A stretch of DNA of 64,000 nt, taken from assembly GCF_006345805.1 (NCBI RefSeq), contig NC_043001.1:99324001-99388000 (forward strand). Direction: 5' to 3'. Shown here piece by piece: positions 10,680 through 23,200 of the stretch (positions are counted from its first letter, which is position 1; every line of letters begins with the position of its first letter). The DNA is from Octopus sinensis (lineage: Eukaryota). The notes beneath the pieces are model-generated. The model had not been told where the DNA came from. It saw only the letters and a list, made by a program, of their open reading frames with translations, and made no database searches. The position numbers and the translations under genes are program-made.

Positions 10680-11930
10680 GGGCAAGATAAGGGTTCTAGA
10701 CCGGTGATGCAAATTCCAGGTGAGGCTGGACCATAGCTATATAAAGCCTCAGATAGATAGCTGGGGAGCGGCTCACAAAGGACTTGGTAAGTGATGCCAA
10801 GACACCTTCAGCCTTCTTGGCAATTTTAGCAATGTGTTTTATCCAATGCAAATCACTGTCGGCAATAATGCCCAAGTCACATTCACAAGAAGACTTTTTG
10901 AGATTAGTGTTGTGGAGTGGGTAAGTAGACGCTGGGTTTTTCCTCCCAAAATGCATGGTGGTACATTTGTCCACAGCCAGCTTGAGTTGCCAGTCCATGA
11001 AACATTGCTGCATTGTGGCCAGGTCTGATTGCAATAAAGATCTATAGTGTACAGGATCTGTCCTCTTTATTTCGAGGTACAGCTTGATGTCATCTGCATT
11101 TTTCAGCACTGTGGCATTCTTTAAGTTGGCATCTATGTCATTAGTATATGCAACAAATAAAAGGGGGCCAAGAACAGATCCTTGTGGTACACCAGATGTC
11201 ATCTCATAGGGTGGAGAGTGCTGTCATAGAACTGTGACAATCTCTTTTCGGCTGATAATGAAGGACTTCAACTAGTTATAGAGATCATCTCTTACACCCA
11301 TTACCGAGAGTTTCACCATAAGTCTTTTGTGCATCACAGAATTAAAAGCCTTAGCAAAGTCCAGGTAAGCAACATCCACCCAGGAGCCGCCATCAGTGAT
11401 TCAGGTAATGTCATCAAGAAACTTGATGAGTTGGTTACAGCAGCTGGAGTTAAGAATAAATCCAAATTGTGACGGCTGGATGAGGCTGTGAGACTTCCAG
11501 ACGTTTCAGAGTGTTTTTCTGACACAGGATTCCATCAGTTTGGCAATGCAGCTAGTAAGACCAATGGGGCAATAGTTGACAGGCAATGTGCGGTCACCGT
11601 TTTTGAACAGAGGGATAACACTGGCAGTTTTCCACTGCTCTGGAGTAACACCATTGTCAAGACAGAATTGAAAGAATAGTGAAAGTTGGTTCAGAAGAAA
11701 GTACCCACTGCGTTTGAGAAGTAGGTATGTAACACCGAGACCAGGAGAGGCATAGTTACGTTTATTCTTAAGGTGGCATTGTAGCATTGCTGGTGTAAAT
11801 TTCATAGTAATAGAGTCCGGTGTCAGAGGTGATGGAGATGGAACATTTTGATCTGTTCTGATAATCAGCAGTGACTTTGTCAGCAAATCCCCTGCAATGG
11901 TCAATAATCAATGGCAAGATGAGCTACTAT
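10680..11930 (-). mobile_element. CR1/jockey-like LINE RT remnant
   Basis: WKTASVIPLFKNGDR..PVNYCPIGLTSCIAKLME; SGVPQGSVLGPLLFVAYTND; NADDIKLY; CDLGII.DSDL; PHLEFASPV; has frameshifts. Confidence 0.92.
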
Positions 11931-12136
11931 GGATCACACTACCCCAAAGTGTGTATGCATGTGACCAGGGACCACATGTTAACTTAGATTCCCACTGAAA
12001 CTTTGAACTTGAACTCTACACCTCAACAATGAATGACGACTATGGTGTCTGCACTATCCAGCATGCTTGCTCTCCCAGTGGGGCATTTGTCCATCAGATA
12101 TGGTCAGCATTGACTTTAAGAGCAAAACTATGACAA

Positions 12137-12172
<36 letters not shown>

Positions 12173-15100
12173 TTTGCACTCAGTCTATGCTTATTAACTT
12201 GTTACAGCAGCTTAGACAAATGCTCTGGTTGTTACTTTACTGATACTTTATATCTAGTCACAATACTTGACAATACACTGTGGGATGTCCCAGATCAGAT
12301 TAAACTTTGATATATTTGGGTTGCTGTCAAATATTGATCAGCCTATGCCTGTTCTATAAATAGAAAAGAGGTAAGCTGACTGACAAGAACTACTTAATAA
12401 CAACAAGAAGAAGCAATATTTAAATACCTAAAACCAGTTACACAATTATACAATGCTGAATAATCATTAATATAAGCAGAAGCTTATCTCTTTAATTTAA
12501 AATTTATGACCAGCTATATTATTACTCCTCCTCTTTAATCTGACTGTGGTGAGCACTATAATTTAGTAACATCTTGATAAAGAAACAGGTTTTCAGGACA
12601 TGTTTGATTTCTGATTGAAGCAATATTTCAATTACTGTCAATACATTTGTTTGTTAATCTTTTAATCAGGAGGGTAAACAATACCCATGATTCTTTCAAG
12701 GCCTTCAAGACTGTTGTGAAAAAGTAAGATATGCTTAAATTGAAGACATATCCCAAATGCTTACAACAGAGTGGATTCTACAAAGCCACCCAAGGTGCCA
12801 GGTGTTTATGTTAAACTAGGTGATAGGTTAAGTCTATTACCTAAATACCTGCAGCAGGATTTTAACATAGAGCAGAAAGAGCTGAAGCAAATAATACATA
12901 GATGTTCTTACAGTTCTGCTTATTCATTGCTTTGTATGGGTACTTTTTATTGATCCTAAAAGGATGACAAGCAAAATTAACCTTGATTGAATTTGAATGC
13001 AAAGAGCAAAAAGTTGGAAACAAATACCATGAGATAGTCTATCCTACACTATAAAAACATTGTTGAAATCAATATTGGTGATCACCAATTGATGGCTATC
13101 TGATTGCAATAAGCAAAGAATTAATTCTATTTTGCAAGTGTGTTGGGATAAATATCGTTTTTTGTAAATAGATCAGAAAATTTCTATTCATGCTCCTAGT
13201 GACTTAATATTGCTTTTTTTATGGTCATTGCCACCTCTATTGATAACTATATTGATCTTTCCTCCATCTATTTAATGTTGATACATAGTTGTATGGATAT
13301 AGGGTTTACTTTGTTACCAGGTGGTCTCAAGTTCTATCTCATCGAGTGGCTCGTGTCTCTTTTACTATTGTCTTATAAGTAATCTGATAGACAAAACTGC
13401 TTGGAGCCCATTGTATGTATGTATACATAATAACATTTAACATCTACATTCCATGCTGGCATGGGTTGGATGGCTCCAAGGACTGCATGTTCTAATGTCT
13501 GATTTGTCATGCTTTCTATGGATGGATGCTCTTCCTAACACCAACCACTTTATACTGTGTACCGGGAGCTTTTCTCATGCCACCAACAATTGTGAGGTCA
13601 CTATGCAGCTTGCATCCCTACAGATCCCAAGGGGAGGAACTTTGTGCTAGTAGATGAGGGTTAAGGTATGAAAGAAGTGGGTGAGACAGAGCAAGTTCTT
13701 GTAGGGGATCTACATTGCTATTCACATTTAGGAGAGAGAAATGAATCAGTAGTAGCTGTAAAGAGATAATGATGTTTCCAGGTGGAACCTCAATGTATGA
13801 AGTGAGAGGTTGTGTGTGTGTGTGTGTGTGTGTGTATGTTTACATTCCTACTTCCTGGGGTCGTTGTAATCGACTAGCCCCCTCCTCCAAAATTTCTGAC
13901 CTTATGCCTATAGTAGAATGGATAATTTTTATTATTAAGATGGCAAGCTATCAGAATCATTAGTATGCCAGACAAAATGCTGCCAAGCATTTTGGCTATC
14001 TTTATGTTCTGAGTTCAAATTCTGCCATGGTCAGCTTTGCCTTCCATCCTTTCAAAGTCGATGAAATAAGTACAAGTTGAGCACTGGAGTCAATGTAATC
14101 AACTAACTAGGTTCAATATAATTGACTATTTCCCTCTTGCAAATTTCAGACCTTCTGCCTATTTTAGAAACAATTATTTTTTTTTTTTACTTCAACAAAC
14201 CAAAACTAAGCCATGCTATAGTACTTGCCACATCATTATCATTTGATACCCGTATTCCATACTGACATGGATTTGATGTGCCAAGTGTCAGCTTTGGCAT
14301 GGTTTCTACAGCTGGATGCCCTTCCTAACACCAACCACTTTACAGCATGTACCATGTGCTTTTTCATACCACCAGCACTATTGAAGTTACCATGCAACTT
14401 CCAAGACTACAGAACCAGGAGGAGGAGTATTTATGTGAGACAAGGAGTTAAAGTATGAAGGAAGGAGAGGAGGGAGGAGCAAGCAAAGTCTTGTAGAAGA
14501 GCTACATGGTTACTTACCTTTAGGAGAGAATGAAAGTGATCAATAGAAACTACAAGTCCAGGTGGCACAGTGAAATTAGGGGAGTGGGTACTTGCAAGAG
14601 TGTATGGAGGGACCAAGACATGAGAGGATGGAAGGTAGGCAACAACTTAAGACTGAGAAGGATTGAAGGCTGGATACAGGGAGTGATGGATGATCTATGA
14701 TGCAGGAGTTGGGGAAAGCAAAATGTAGAAAATAGTAAGGGGCGAAATGCTATAGAAGGTGATATACACTTCCATCAATTTAAGTCTGTCACTCAATTCC
14801 TAATTGAAATCATTTATATAAAATTTTCAGTCTTTCAGTATGCAATGCTCACCAACCCATAGAAAAAACAATATGACCCTCATCTTAAAAACAGCAACCT
14901 CTCAGGCCTTTCCAATTACTGCCCTACTGCTTTGCATTCAGCAGACCAAAGGTAATGTAAAGGTAGTATAAAGAAGTACCTCTTTTATTAGCTTGAATCT
15001 CTTCCTCTTTTGAATGACCAGTACAGTTTCTAGAAATTCATATCTACAAATTTGCTATGTCACTATTTGAAACATGTCTTTTTCAAGATCTCTTCTTATG

Positions 15101-15706
15101 AAAGTAATATATGTTCAGCATGAGACATCTAGGAAGTATATGGATGAGACACCTGTTGCAAAAATAAGAATGATGGGTATTAGTTTTTGTGTTAAGCACA
15201 TCTGCAAAGTCCATTAATCTTCAGAAGGAAGAGTGGGATACACAGCTCAACTTTGAGGTACATTAGAATTTATGAAGTGTAGATCGAATAGAGGCCCATG
15301 AAACCAATGAGTAATGGAGCAGTCCAAAATTCTGATCCAAGAAATGAGACAGATGAAGACTATACATGAGCAATGTAGCTGAAGCCAGACATGAATCTAA
15401 GGGTTTGCTTATGCTGAAGGTACAAGAACAGAGATCAGTAGATATGATTTACAGAAACTGTACTGGTCATCCAAATGAGAAGTAGACAGGTGCTTGTTTC
15501 CATTACCTTTGGACTGCTAGAGTGAAGCAGTAGGTTAGTAATTGACAGGGCCAGAGGGATTTCTGTTTTTGTTATGTATTTCTATGAGTTGGTGAACATA
15601 TATTCAGAAAGATTGAAATAAAACAATTTCAATTAGAAATTGAAACTAGCACAAACTCAATTCGATGGAAGCAGCCAAATCTATTCTATTTTAAGAAATA
15701 AAAGTA

Positions 15707-15979
15707 GAAGCATATTCTGTTGTGTCTGGAGAGAGCCATTTTCTTTTTGTACCTTATAATGTAACACGCTCACCGGTAAAATTTCCACTTTTTTCTTTTT
15801 TTTTCCCTAAAATTATCGTTGTGTCTTGCAACCTTTTCAACAGTCTTGACTGTTGAAAAGGTTGCAACACGCAACGAAAATCTTGGGGAGAAGAAAAAAG
15901 TGGAAATTTTACTGGTGAGTGTGTTACATTATAAGGCACAAAAAGAAAATGACTCCTCAGACACAACAGAATATGCTTC
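15707..15979. repeat. 273-bp imperfect palindrome (foldback, MITE-like)
   Basis: Arms begin gaagcatattctgttgtgtctg and end cagacacaacagaatatgcttc; centre caacagtc-tt-gactgttg at 15846-15847. Confidence 0.92.
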
Positions 15980-17236
15980 AACACTCGAACTCATATAAAG
16001 AATCTTGCAAACCAAATCCAAAAACGAAAAGTAGAAGCATCTTGCATAATTTAGTCAGAGATAAACTGCCTGAAAAAACAAGGTGGTGATGGTGATGACA
16101 ATGTTCTTGATCATAGGGTTTGTTGACCAGTAACATAATTTAATGTGCACTTGGCTGCACATTTGTGAAGGAGTAGTATAGTAGACTGAATTGACCCTAG
16201 TATTTATTTTATTGATCAAAAAGAGATGAAGTTAATGCCAGTGAAATTTAAACTTGGAACTAAATTAGTTCTATCTTCCATCTCTCTGATTTTGCTATTT
16301 GAAACTTCATTTTCTCTGTCAGTCTGTTCTGGAAAAAGTTGTTCCCCTGGCCCTATAACAGGTCCTCTGAGACCTTCAAAATCAAGTGGTCAAGTGGTTA
16401 ATGTTCCACTTGAACAGAAAAGTCTGAACCTTAATTTACAATTCTTTTGCCTATAGCATTCAGTACATCACCCCTTAGCATTTTTATCCAATTGCATGCA
16501 AATGGGTTATTTCCCTTAACTCGCTTAAAAAAAAATTAAAATTTACCATCTCCATTTTACAACAGAAAGTGAAGGTTCATGATTTTCCTTTCGAAAGATG
16601 CAGCAATTGTTTCCTGTTGCCGTCTGCTGTTTTATTTACAACTGTCATGAGCAAACTGCAGCCTGTGGGATTTTCTGAATGGCACACCATCGAAAAATTA
16701 CCTTACATTTTTTAAAGTAGTGCAACCTCACGATGAACCATGTTTCATGCAGCTTACTATCCAAGAAAGATTGCCCATGCCCGATTTAAAGTTTACTAAA
16801 TTCCTGCTCTGCTAAGCTTACTCTTGAGGCACAGAGCCTATTTGACCTTAATCCAAGGTTACTAGTTCACGTGACCTCAAAGAATATCCATATATCAGTG
16901 GATCTGGGTAATACATGTCAAAGGGCCAGCTTTCTTCAGAGTCCTATGCCTTAACCACTGAACCATTTGCTACTTGCATAACTGGAGGCTCTTACAAGAG
17001 TGGACCAAAGAGTAATAATTTACGCTTAATTTCATACTTCTCAAAATTCCTGAAACCTCACCATAGCACTTTCATAGTAAATCAACGCCCTAGGCCCTGT
17101 AGTATGTTTTTATTGACTGCAAGCCACAATTGGGTTGCTAGACCCGTGAAGCCCTGGGCAATTACCCAGTGTGCCCATGCTTTAAGATGGCCCTGCTCGC
17201 CACCAGATGCAGTTGATCAATCAAGTTTAAACATAC

Positions 17237-17614
17237 TGTTCTCTGTTTAATGAGGTCTAATAAATCGAACTGTAATCATAGTTGTCTGTTGCTTCCAGAC
17301 AATGATCAGATTTTCTTCTAAACGTGTAAATTAATTTTGGAAGATTGAATTTCAATCTGTTGAAATATCTTTCTTTTTTCCTTTGAGTGTCGCTAAAATT
17401 TCCGCTAGATTTGTTTTCTTTCCCCGGCTAAGAGGGAAATTTCAGTGAAGAAATTCTTTTGCGGACGTCATGCAGTATTTTGGTTAGTGTTGTCATATGG
17501 TTGTGACAACACTAAAAATTCTTTTCAAAAATGCTTAACACACAGATGGTACGTCAAACGTTTGTATTCTGCTTGGTTCTACGAAGCCAGCTATATTCAC
17601 TTGTGTATGTATGT
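17237..17614 (-). ncRNA. Candidate exon of a divergent non-coding (or long 5'UTR) transcript
   Basis: Minus-strand acceptor ttgcatttcttcctctcgttaatcgaatag and donor ACA|GTATGT; only short ORFs; CpG-rich, no recognisable repeat. Confidence 0.4.
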
Positions 17615-18265
17615 CTATTCGATTAACGAGAGGAAGAAATGCAATCTTAAGAGCGTCCATAAATTTCCATTGACATCAAAACGATGCATTCGAAAAGAGT
17701 TGAGACTATAATCAGTCGAAAACTGAATCGAGTACTTCCCTTTCATTTACTCAACGGTCTTAGTACCACTACTACTGTAACTGACTGCTTGATAAAACCG
17801 TTACTGCTAAATGTTAATGAATGCTGTTTGTCCAGGCTGCAACAGCCAGCATTACGTTTCGTTACTGCATTTAGCAAACAGGAATTCTATTATTTTTGCA
17901 GCTATATGAGCAATAAGCTGCTGCTGCTGTTTTCTGCACTCTATCACATCTGGTAACTAAAATATGGGAGCTATCAAGGGAGCCTCTAGCCGGTCGTTTG
18001 ACCTGTTAGATATAGCGACAAAATTTCCTTTCACTTATGCTCTACTGACTTAAAAATTATATGTAGCATTAGATTGGAAATTGTGGTATTAGATGCATGA
18101 TAAAAAAATTTTTTTTTAATGACGAGAAGGTCATTGCTGGAAAGCTTATGGTCATTAGGTCTGCTCGATCGGTATCTACCTGGGCTAAATAATAGCAAAA
18201 GCTAACGCTGCTTCACAAAAGGTCTTCAGCATATTTCACTGCGGCGTTATTGACATTTTACCTAC

Positions 18266-18412
18266 CTGTAGAAACGAATGCTTCTAACCAGTCCCCTTCC
18301 TTCCTCCACCCCGCTCCTGTCGCTTTCCCTCCCTCTCTCAGTTTCTTTGTCTGTTTTCGTGCTGGAGACGCACTATCTGACACTTGACAGACATGGATAA
18401 ACACTTTGATAC
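18266..18412 (-). ncRNA. Candidate 147-nt exon of the divergent transcript
   Basis: Minus-strand ttctaat branch-like motif plus ttattttag acceptor; donor CAG|GTAGGT; contains an 18-aa ORF. Confidence 0.42.
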
Positions 18413-19599
18413 CTAAAATAATTTAAAATTAGAATTGTGTTCATGCACGCATTGGTGCGACTGAGAAATTCTTCCGCTTTTGTAGTCAGTGTTATCAACC
18501 AGTGAGTGCTTAGCCCTGATAATTGTTCCTGACAGCTAAATGAGCTCAGGTAAACAAACGGGATTTGAACTCCTGGGCATACCTTATACACTTGATTGTT
18601 CATTTCGCTCTCCATCTATATACACATGTACACCTGACACAAAACAAAATAAAATAAAAATGAAGTGCATGCTAATTATATACGCGCATACATGCATGTG
18701 TACGTATTTCTTCGAGTCGATGAGGGAGTCTCTAAGTAATTCGTCCATCTGCTTGCTTGAGCCCAATCAAACACCTTGTTTTAAAAAAAGGAAAGACATA
18801 CTAACATGCCTAGAAAAAAAAACAAAAAAAAATTATAACCCGGGTGGCTCTCAATTTAATCAGGGCCGACTTGGGTTTTTTTTCAAGAACAACATATTTA
18901 CCGTTATTGTTTGGTATGTTTCGACCCAGAGTAGAATACTCAGGCATAGTGACCTAGTTCTTATTATCAGTAAGAATCACTACGGTTTTATGCTTATGGT
19001 TTTTATGAAAAGCATGCATGTCTCAAGGTTAAGTTAACAAGGATATAAAATATCTTTTGCACATTTATTTGCTACACACGCATACACAAGATCTTAATTG
19101 CTTGAAATAGTTTAGCGTAGAATCACTTAGCGCTTCGATTCTTAGATGAAGTTATTTCTATTTGTTTTTCTTGTTTATTTTCTTCAAGAGGGCATGAACA
19201 CTACACAACCCCATTTCTTCCCAATTTTAATAATGAAGTTTGTTTCTGGGCGAATATTATGACAATTGTTATTTAAATGTATTGAATCGCACAGCTAGAA
19301 TTTTTTTTTTTTTTTTTTTTTACTTCTACTGCTTAATTACTCGGTAATGTTTGTCATATAAGAGACACAGGTCTTTCTTTTGTGTAAATGTAGGTTTGAT
19401 ATTCTTTATAAACTCACGGACCCCACATTATTGAGTGATGAAGTTGCAGAAGTAAAGAGAAATTCGTTTCAGAAGCTAAGTGTGACAAAATTCAACTGGT
19501 TACGTAAAAGCGTACATGTGCCCTTGATATTCCTCCAAATAAACATAACCGTTTTCCACTTCGTATTATTGCCACTGCTGCTGTTACTTTAATGTTACA

Positions 19600-20073
19600 G
19601 GTATCCCCCGAACTGTATCTGCGTATGTGTGTAATCTAGTAGTAGTATGAGGTTTCTAATAATTACAAACTATTTTTAGTGCGCCAGCTCACCTACTACA
19701 CACAAATTCAAACCGTTTGTACGCGGCGATGGAGGGAGGGGAGGGGAAAAAACAACTCAAATCCAGATATTTCGGGTTTACTCACTGGTTGCAGTTATCT
19801 ACTGCTAACCAATAGGAAGTATCGTTAGGTTTTTGTTTGTTTTTAATTTTTTTTTTTCCAGTTAATTTTATATACATGCCCATATATCAGTGTCTGTGTG
19901 TTGTCAGACGCATCGACTTCATTCGGCGACGGCTTAGTCCATATTTTTCATCTCAACGTTGTAGCATATGGCTCCTCTCTCTACTAAGACCGTCCCGGTG
20001 TCTTATTTGAAATATCAATCAGCGACTGTTTTACATCATCATCTATCATATATTAGAGATTTCCGTTAGAAAT
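19600..20073. promoter_or_regulatory. CpG-rich, probably bidirectional promoter and 5'UTR of the SUN-like gene
   Basis: CpG-dense unique sequence, CCAAT near 19809, Inr-like TCAGT at 19887-19891 (+), and a minus-strand donor CCA|GTGAGT at 19785. Confidence 0.5.
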
Positions 20074-20135
20074 ATGCAGACGCCAATTCTTAAGAATCGA
20101 GGTTATATTAAGTCACAGAGCTCTCCGAGGAAAAG
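20074..20135 (+). CDS. SUN-like gene, first coding exon (MQTPILKNRGYIKSQSSPRK)
   Basis: aatATG start; donor AAG|GTAAGC at 20136; phase 2, in frame with downstream exons. Confidence 0.7.
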
Positions 20136-20172
20136 GTAAGCTGGAAAACCCGCGCGTGTGTATGTGTGTATG

Positions 20173-20214
<42 letters not shown>

Positions 20215-23200
20215 CTTGCTGTAACCGAAATGTGATTGATTACTGTTTTTCTTATGACGAAAATTTTTTAGATTTAAGCTTGATTGTATAAGTTATTAGT
20301 GTTCTTTGTACGTATATTTTGTGTTTGTGTTTGCATGCACGTTCTTTTTAGCTTCTCGTTTAATTTGCTAGAATCTAGGTAAGTGCGATAGTATTTGTTG
20401 CTTTTTAGATACGCTTGATAACAAGGATCATGGCATTCCTCCCTCTTCACTCAATTTTATAGTTCTGTGGTTTCATTTTAAAATTGTATTTTGGTATAAA
20501 CCTCATTCACCAATAAATAAGAAAAAAAAAATAATGGTTTCAATCGATTTCTATTTAGTGTTTGGTTGCATGTGTCTGTATGTATACATGTATGTCTGTT
20601 TTGTCTTATGCAAGCTAGATTTGATCCATAGCCATCACTTTTGCAGTGTACGACCTTGCCAATGTCCCGTGCACGCATCAGATGTGTGCATTTTTTATGC
20701 ATGCATCTGTGTACATTTTGGTGCTCACATTAGGAATCTCTTCATACTGTGGTCGTTCGACTTGCTTTAAATAGCAGCCACATTTCCCTCAGGTTACATA
20801 CGACCATCTTTAAAAAAAAAAAAAAAAAAAGATACCTATCTGGTCCAATATACTCTATGAACACGATCGGAATGCCTTTGATCCTTGGACTGTTCTATCA
20901 AGGTTGACGGGATGCTAAACAATTGCTGCTATTTGCAAACGCATGAAAGTCAAAAATTCGGCAATCTCTGCCAAAATTCCCTTTAAAATACTTAAAATAG
21001 ATCTAGTGCTTCGAAATTTTAGTCTTTTATCGTTTTTAAAATATTACTCATGGCTACATTTTGATATTCACCTTTCGGTTTTCCTTATTTATTTTGCTTT
21101 CACTGTGTTATTATTTTTAATTTAGTAAATTAAATCTCCAATTTTCTCTCTTTGCCGATTTCCAAAGTTTCTATATTATAAATTTATTAATCCTTTATAA
21201 CGATTGTTATACATAGGCAATCACTAGGAATATAATCTGTCTTTTATATACATACACTGAGTGTGGAACTATCAATGTGTATGGGAGATATTTTCTTGTG
21301 GATCTTTAATCGGAAAATTCTAGGTTAAGTCAAAGTGATCATTTACATACTCTCCCCCCCTTCCACTCTGCTTCATTCATACACACACACACACATATAC
21401 TCTCACACACGTACGTTTGGAATCACTTGTTCATCCAGGCATTGATTCCAAAATCAGTAAATTTTTTTGTTTCTAATCAGAAACTCCCTTCTACCATGTA
21501 TGCGATTGCAAATATATATTTATATAAAGTACCTTTTATTTTGTATATAGATATATTTCGTTTGCATTTGAAAGGTAAAAATGAATATGTTTGCATTTGA
21601 AATTTTACTCTCATCCTCACTTAGAAAATTTAAAAGGCTATTTATTTAAAAATTTTTATTAGTTGATGCAGTACTTGCTTTCATTATTGAATACATTCTT
21701 ATTTTTGTATATAATTTTTATATTGTTTTTAAAAAATCTTAAAAATTTTTTCCTCTTTTTTTTTTTTCTATTATTTATTTTGCATATTCTGATCTTGGAT
21801 GTATTCAAAACCATAATCATAATAGCGTCTTTTTCTTGCAGAAAAAAGGGGGTGGGGGCTAAAAAATAAAAGAGGGACATGTTAACAAAATCCAAGCTTA
21901 AAAAAAAGACATTAAGTAGAATATATATATTTTAGTATTTTTTTGTCAAGTATGGGTTAATGATGTACTGAATGACAGGCAAAAATCTCAGTTAATTGAA
22001 ACTTCTCAGTGTCAGCAAACAAAACTCTAGCAGTAATTCTTACTACCTGTCAAACAGGAGAATATGTCGAAATTAAGAATCAGTTGCACATAATTTACAT
22101 GCTTATGGGGGAAATTTAGTTATTATATACAGACAAGGGACATATTTCGGTTAGATAAGACTTCGTCAGTTTAATCTACTCAATACTGCTGTGATCAACT
22201 AACAGTAGTTTTAATATATAGTAAGTTAAGATAAGGAAGAATTTTGACCAGTATAATTCGCACAATTAATGAAAGCCAATATAAATGAATTGTACAATGC
22301 TGATAAGGTTCATAAGTCTGAAAACTTTATAGCTGTTCCTTTCTTTGCAAAGATCATTATCTCTTTACTTTTAGTTTCTCTAATAATCTCTCTCTCTCTC
22401 TCTCTCTCTCTGAGGAAATTTCATTCAGTACATTTCTCATCTTATCTGATGAATCCATGCCACTGGTTGACGCGAGTTATTTCCCTTCGTTCATTCATAT
22501 GCAAATTATCCGGGCCAAATATCCAAGCAAAAGGAATAAAATTTTTAATTTATTAAAGCAGGCTTGAGTATACTACATAGTTGATACTCAGTAAGATCGA
22601 AACGCCTACAGCTGTCCCTTTTACGGTAAACAAAGATTTGATTTCCCTGTTAAACGTGGAAATAAATTTTGTGGAATTCTTAATTTCTTCAAAATCTATC
22701 GTTTACTTTGAGAGTCGCTTACAATTATCACCAGATATATAAATATATCACTGTAATATACACGTTTTTTTTTTTATAATTGACCTGATAGTATTGTAAC
22801 TTTCCAAGACCCTTCGACACTTGGGGCCACTGGGCATCTTCCAACCGTACAAGTTTTAGTTGTCCGTTGTTAGGAAAAATGGAATCGATCTGGCTAGTTT
22901 CTGGTCGTGTTAGATTTTCATCAGAGAAAAATAAACATCAGTCTTCTGTCCACTGATAGATTAGTACCTTATAGTTATATATAATAAATAATACTCTCAA
23001 CCACAGCTTAATTGGTTCGTCGTCTAAGTTGCTTATCAAGATATGTACTGACGTATTATCTCCTATTTTATATTCAACAACCACTTAGTTTAGAAAACGC
23101 TGATGTTGCTTGCAACTCCAATAGAATCGTTCTAAAATCTTAAACTAGCACCAAGCGACATAACTCCAGATGTGTACGTCTTCCCCAGCTTTATTTCCTC

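Noticed and set aside
14880-15600. Faint LINE-like RT traces
   Set aside because: Too degenerate to assign boundaries or a family by eye.
16226-16456. Possible coding-like stretch on either strand (minus: ...RGPVIGPGEQLFPEQTDRENE...)
   Set aside because: It is bounded by stops, has no convincing splice pair and no recognisable homology.
20372-20378. 7-nt poison micro-exon using the ctag acceptor at 20371
   Set aside because: The upstream acceptor at 20351 has the better pyrimidine tract and gives an open 27-nt exon; the 7-nt form cannot be excluded but has no support.
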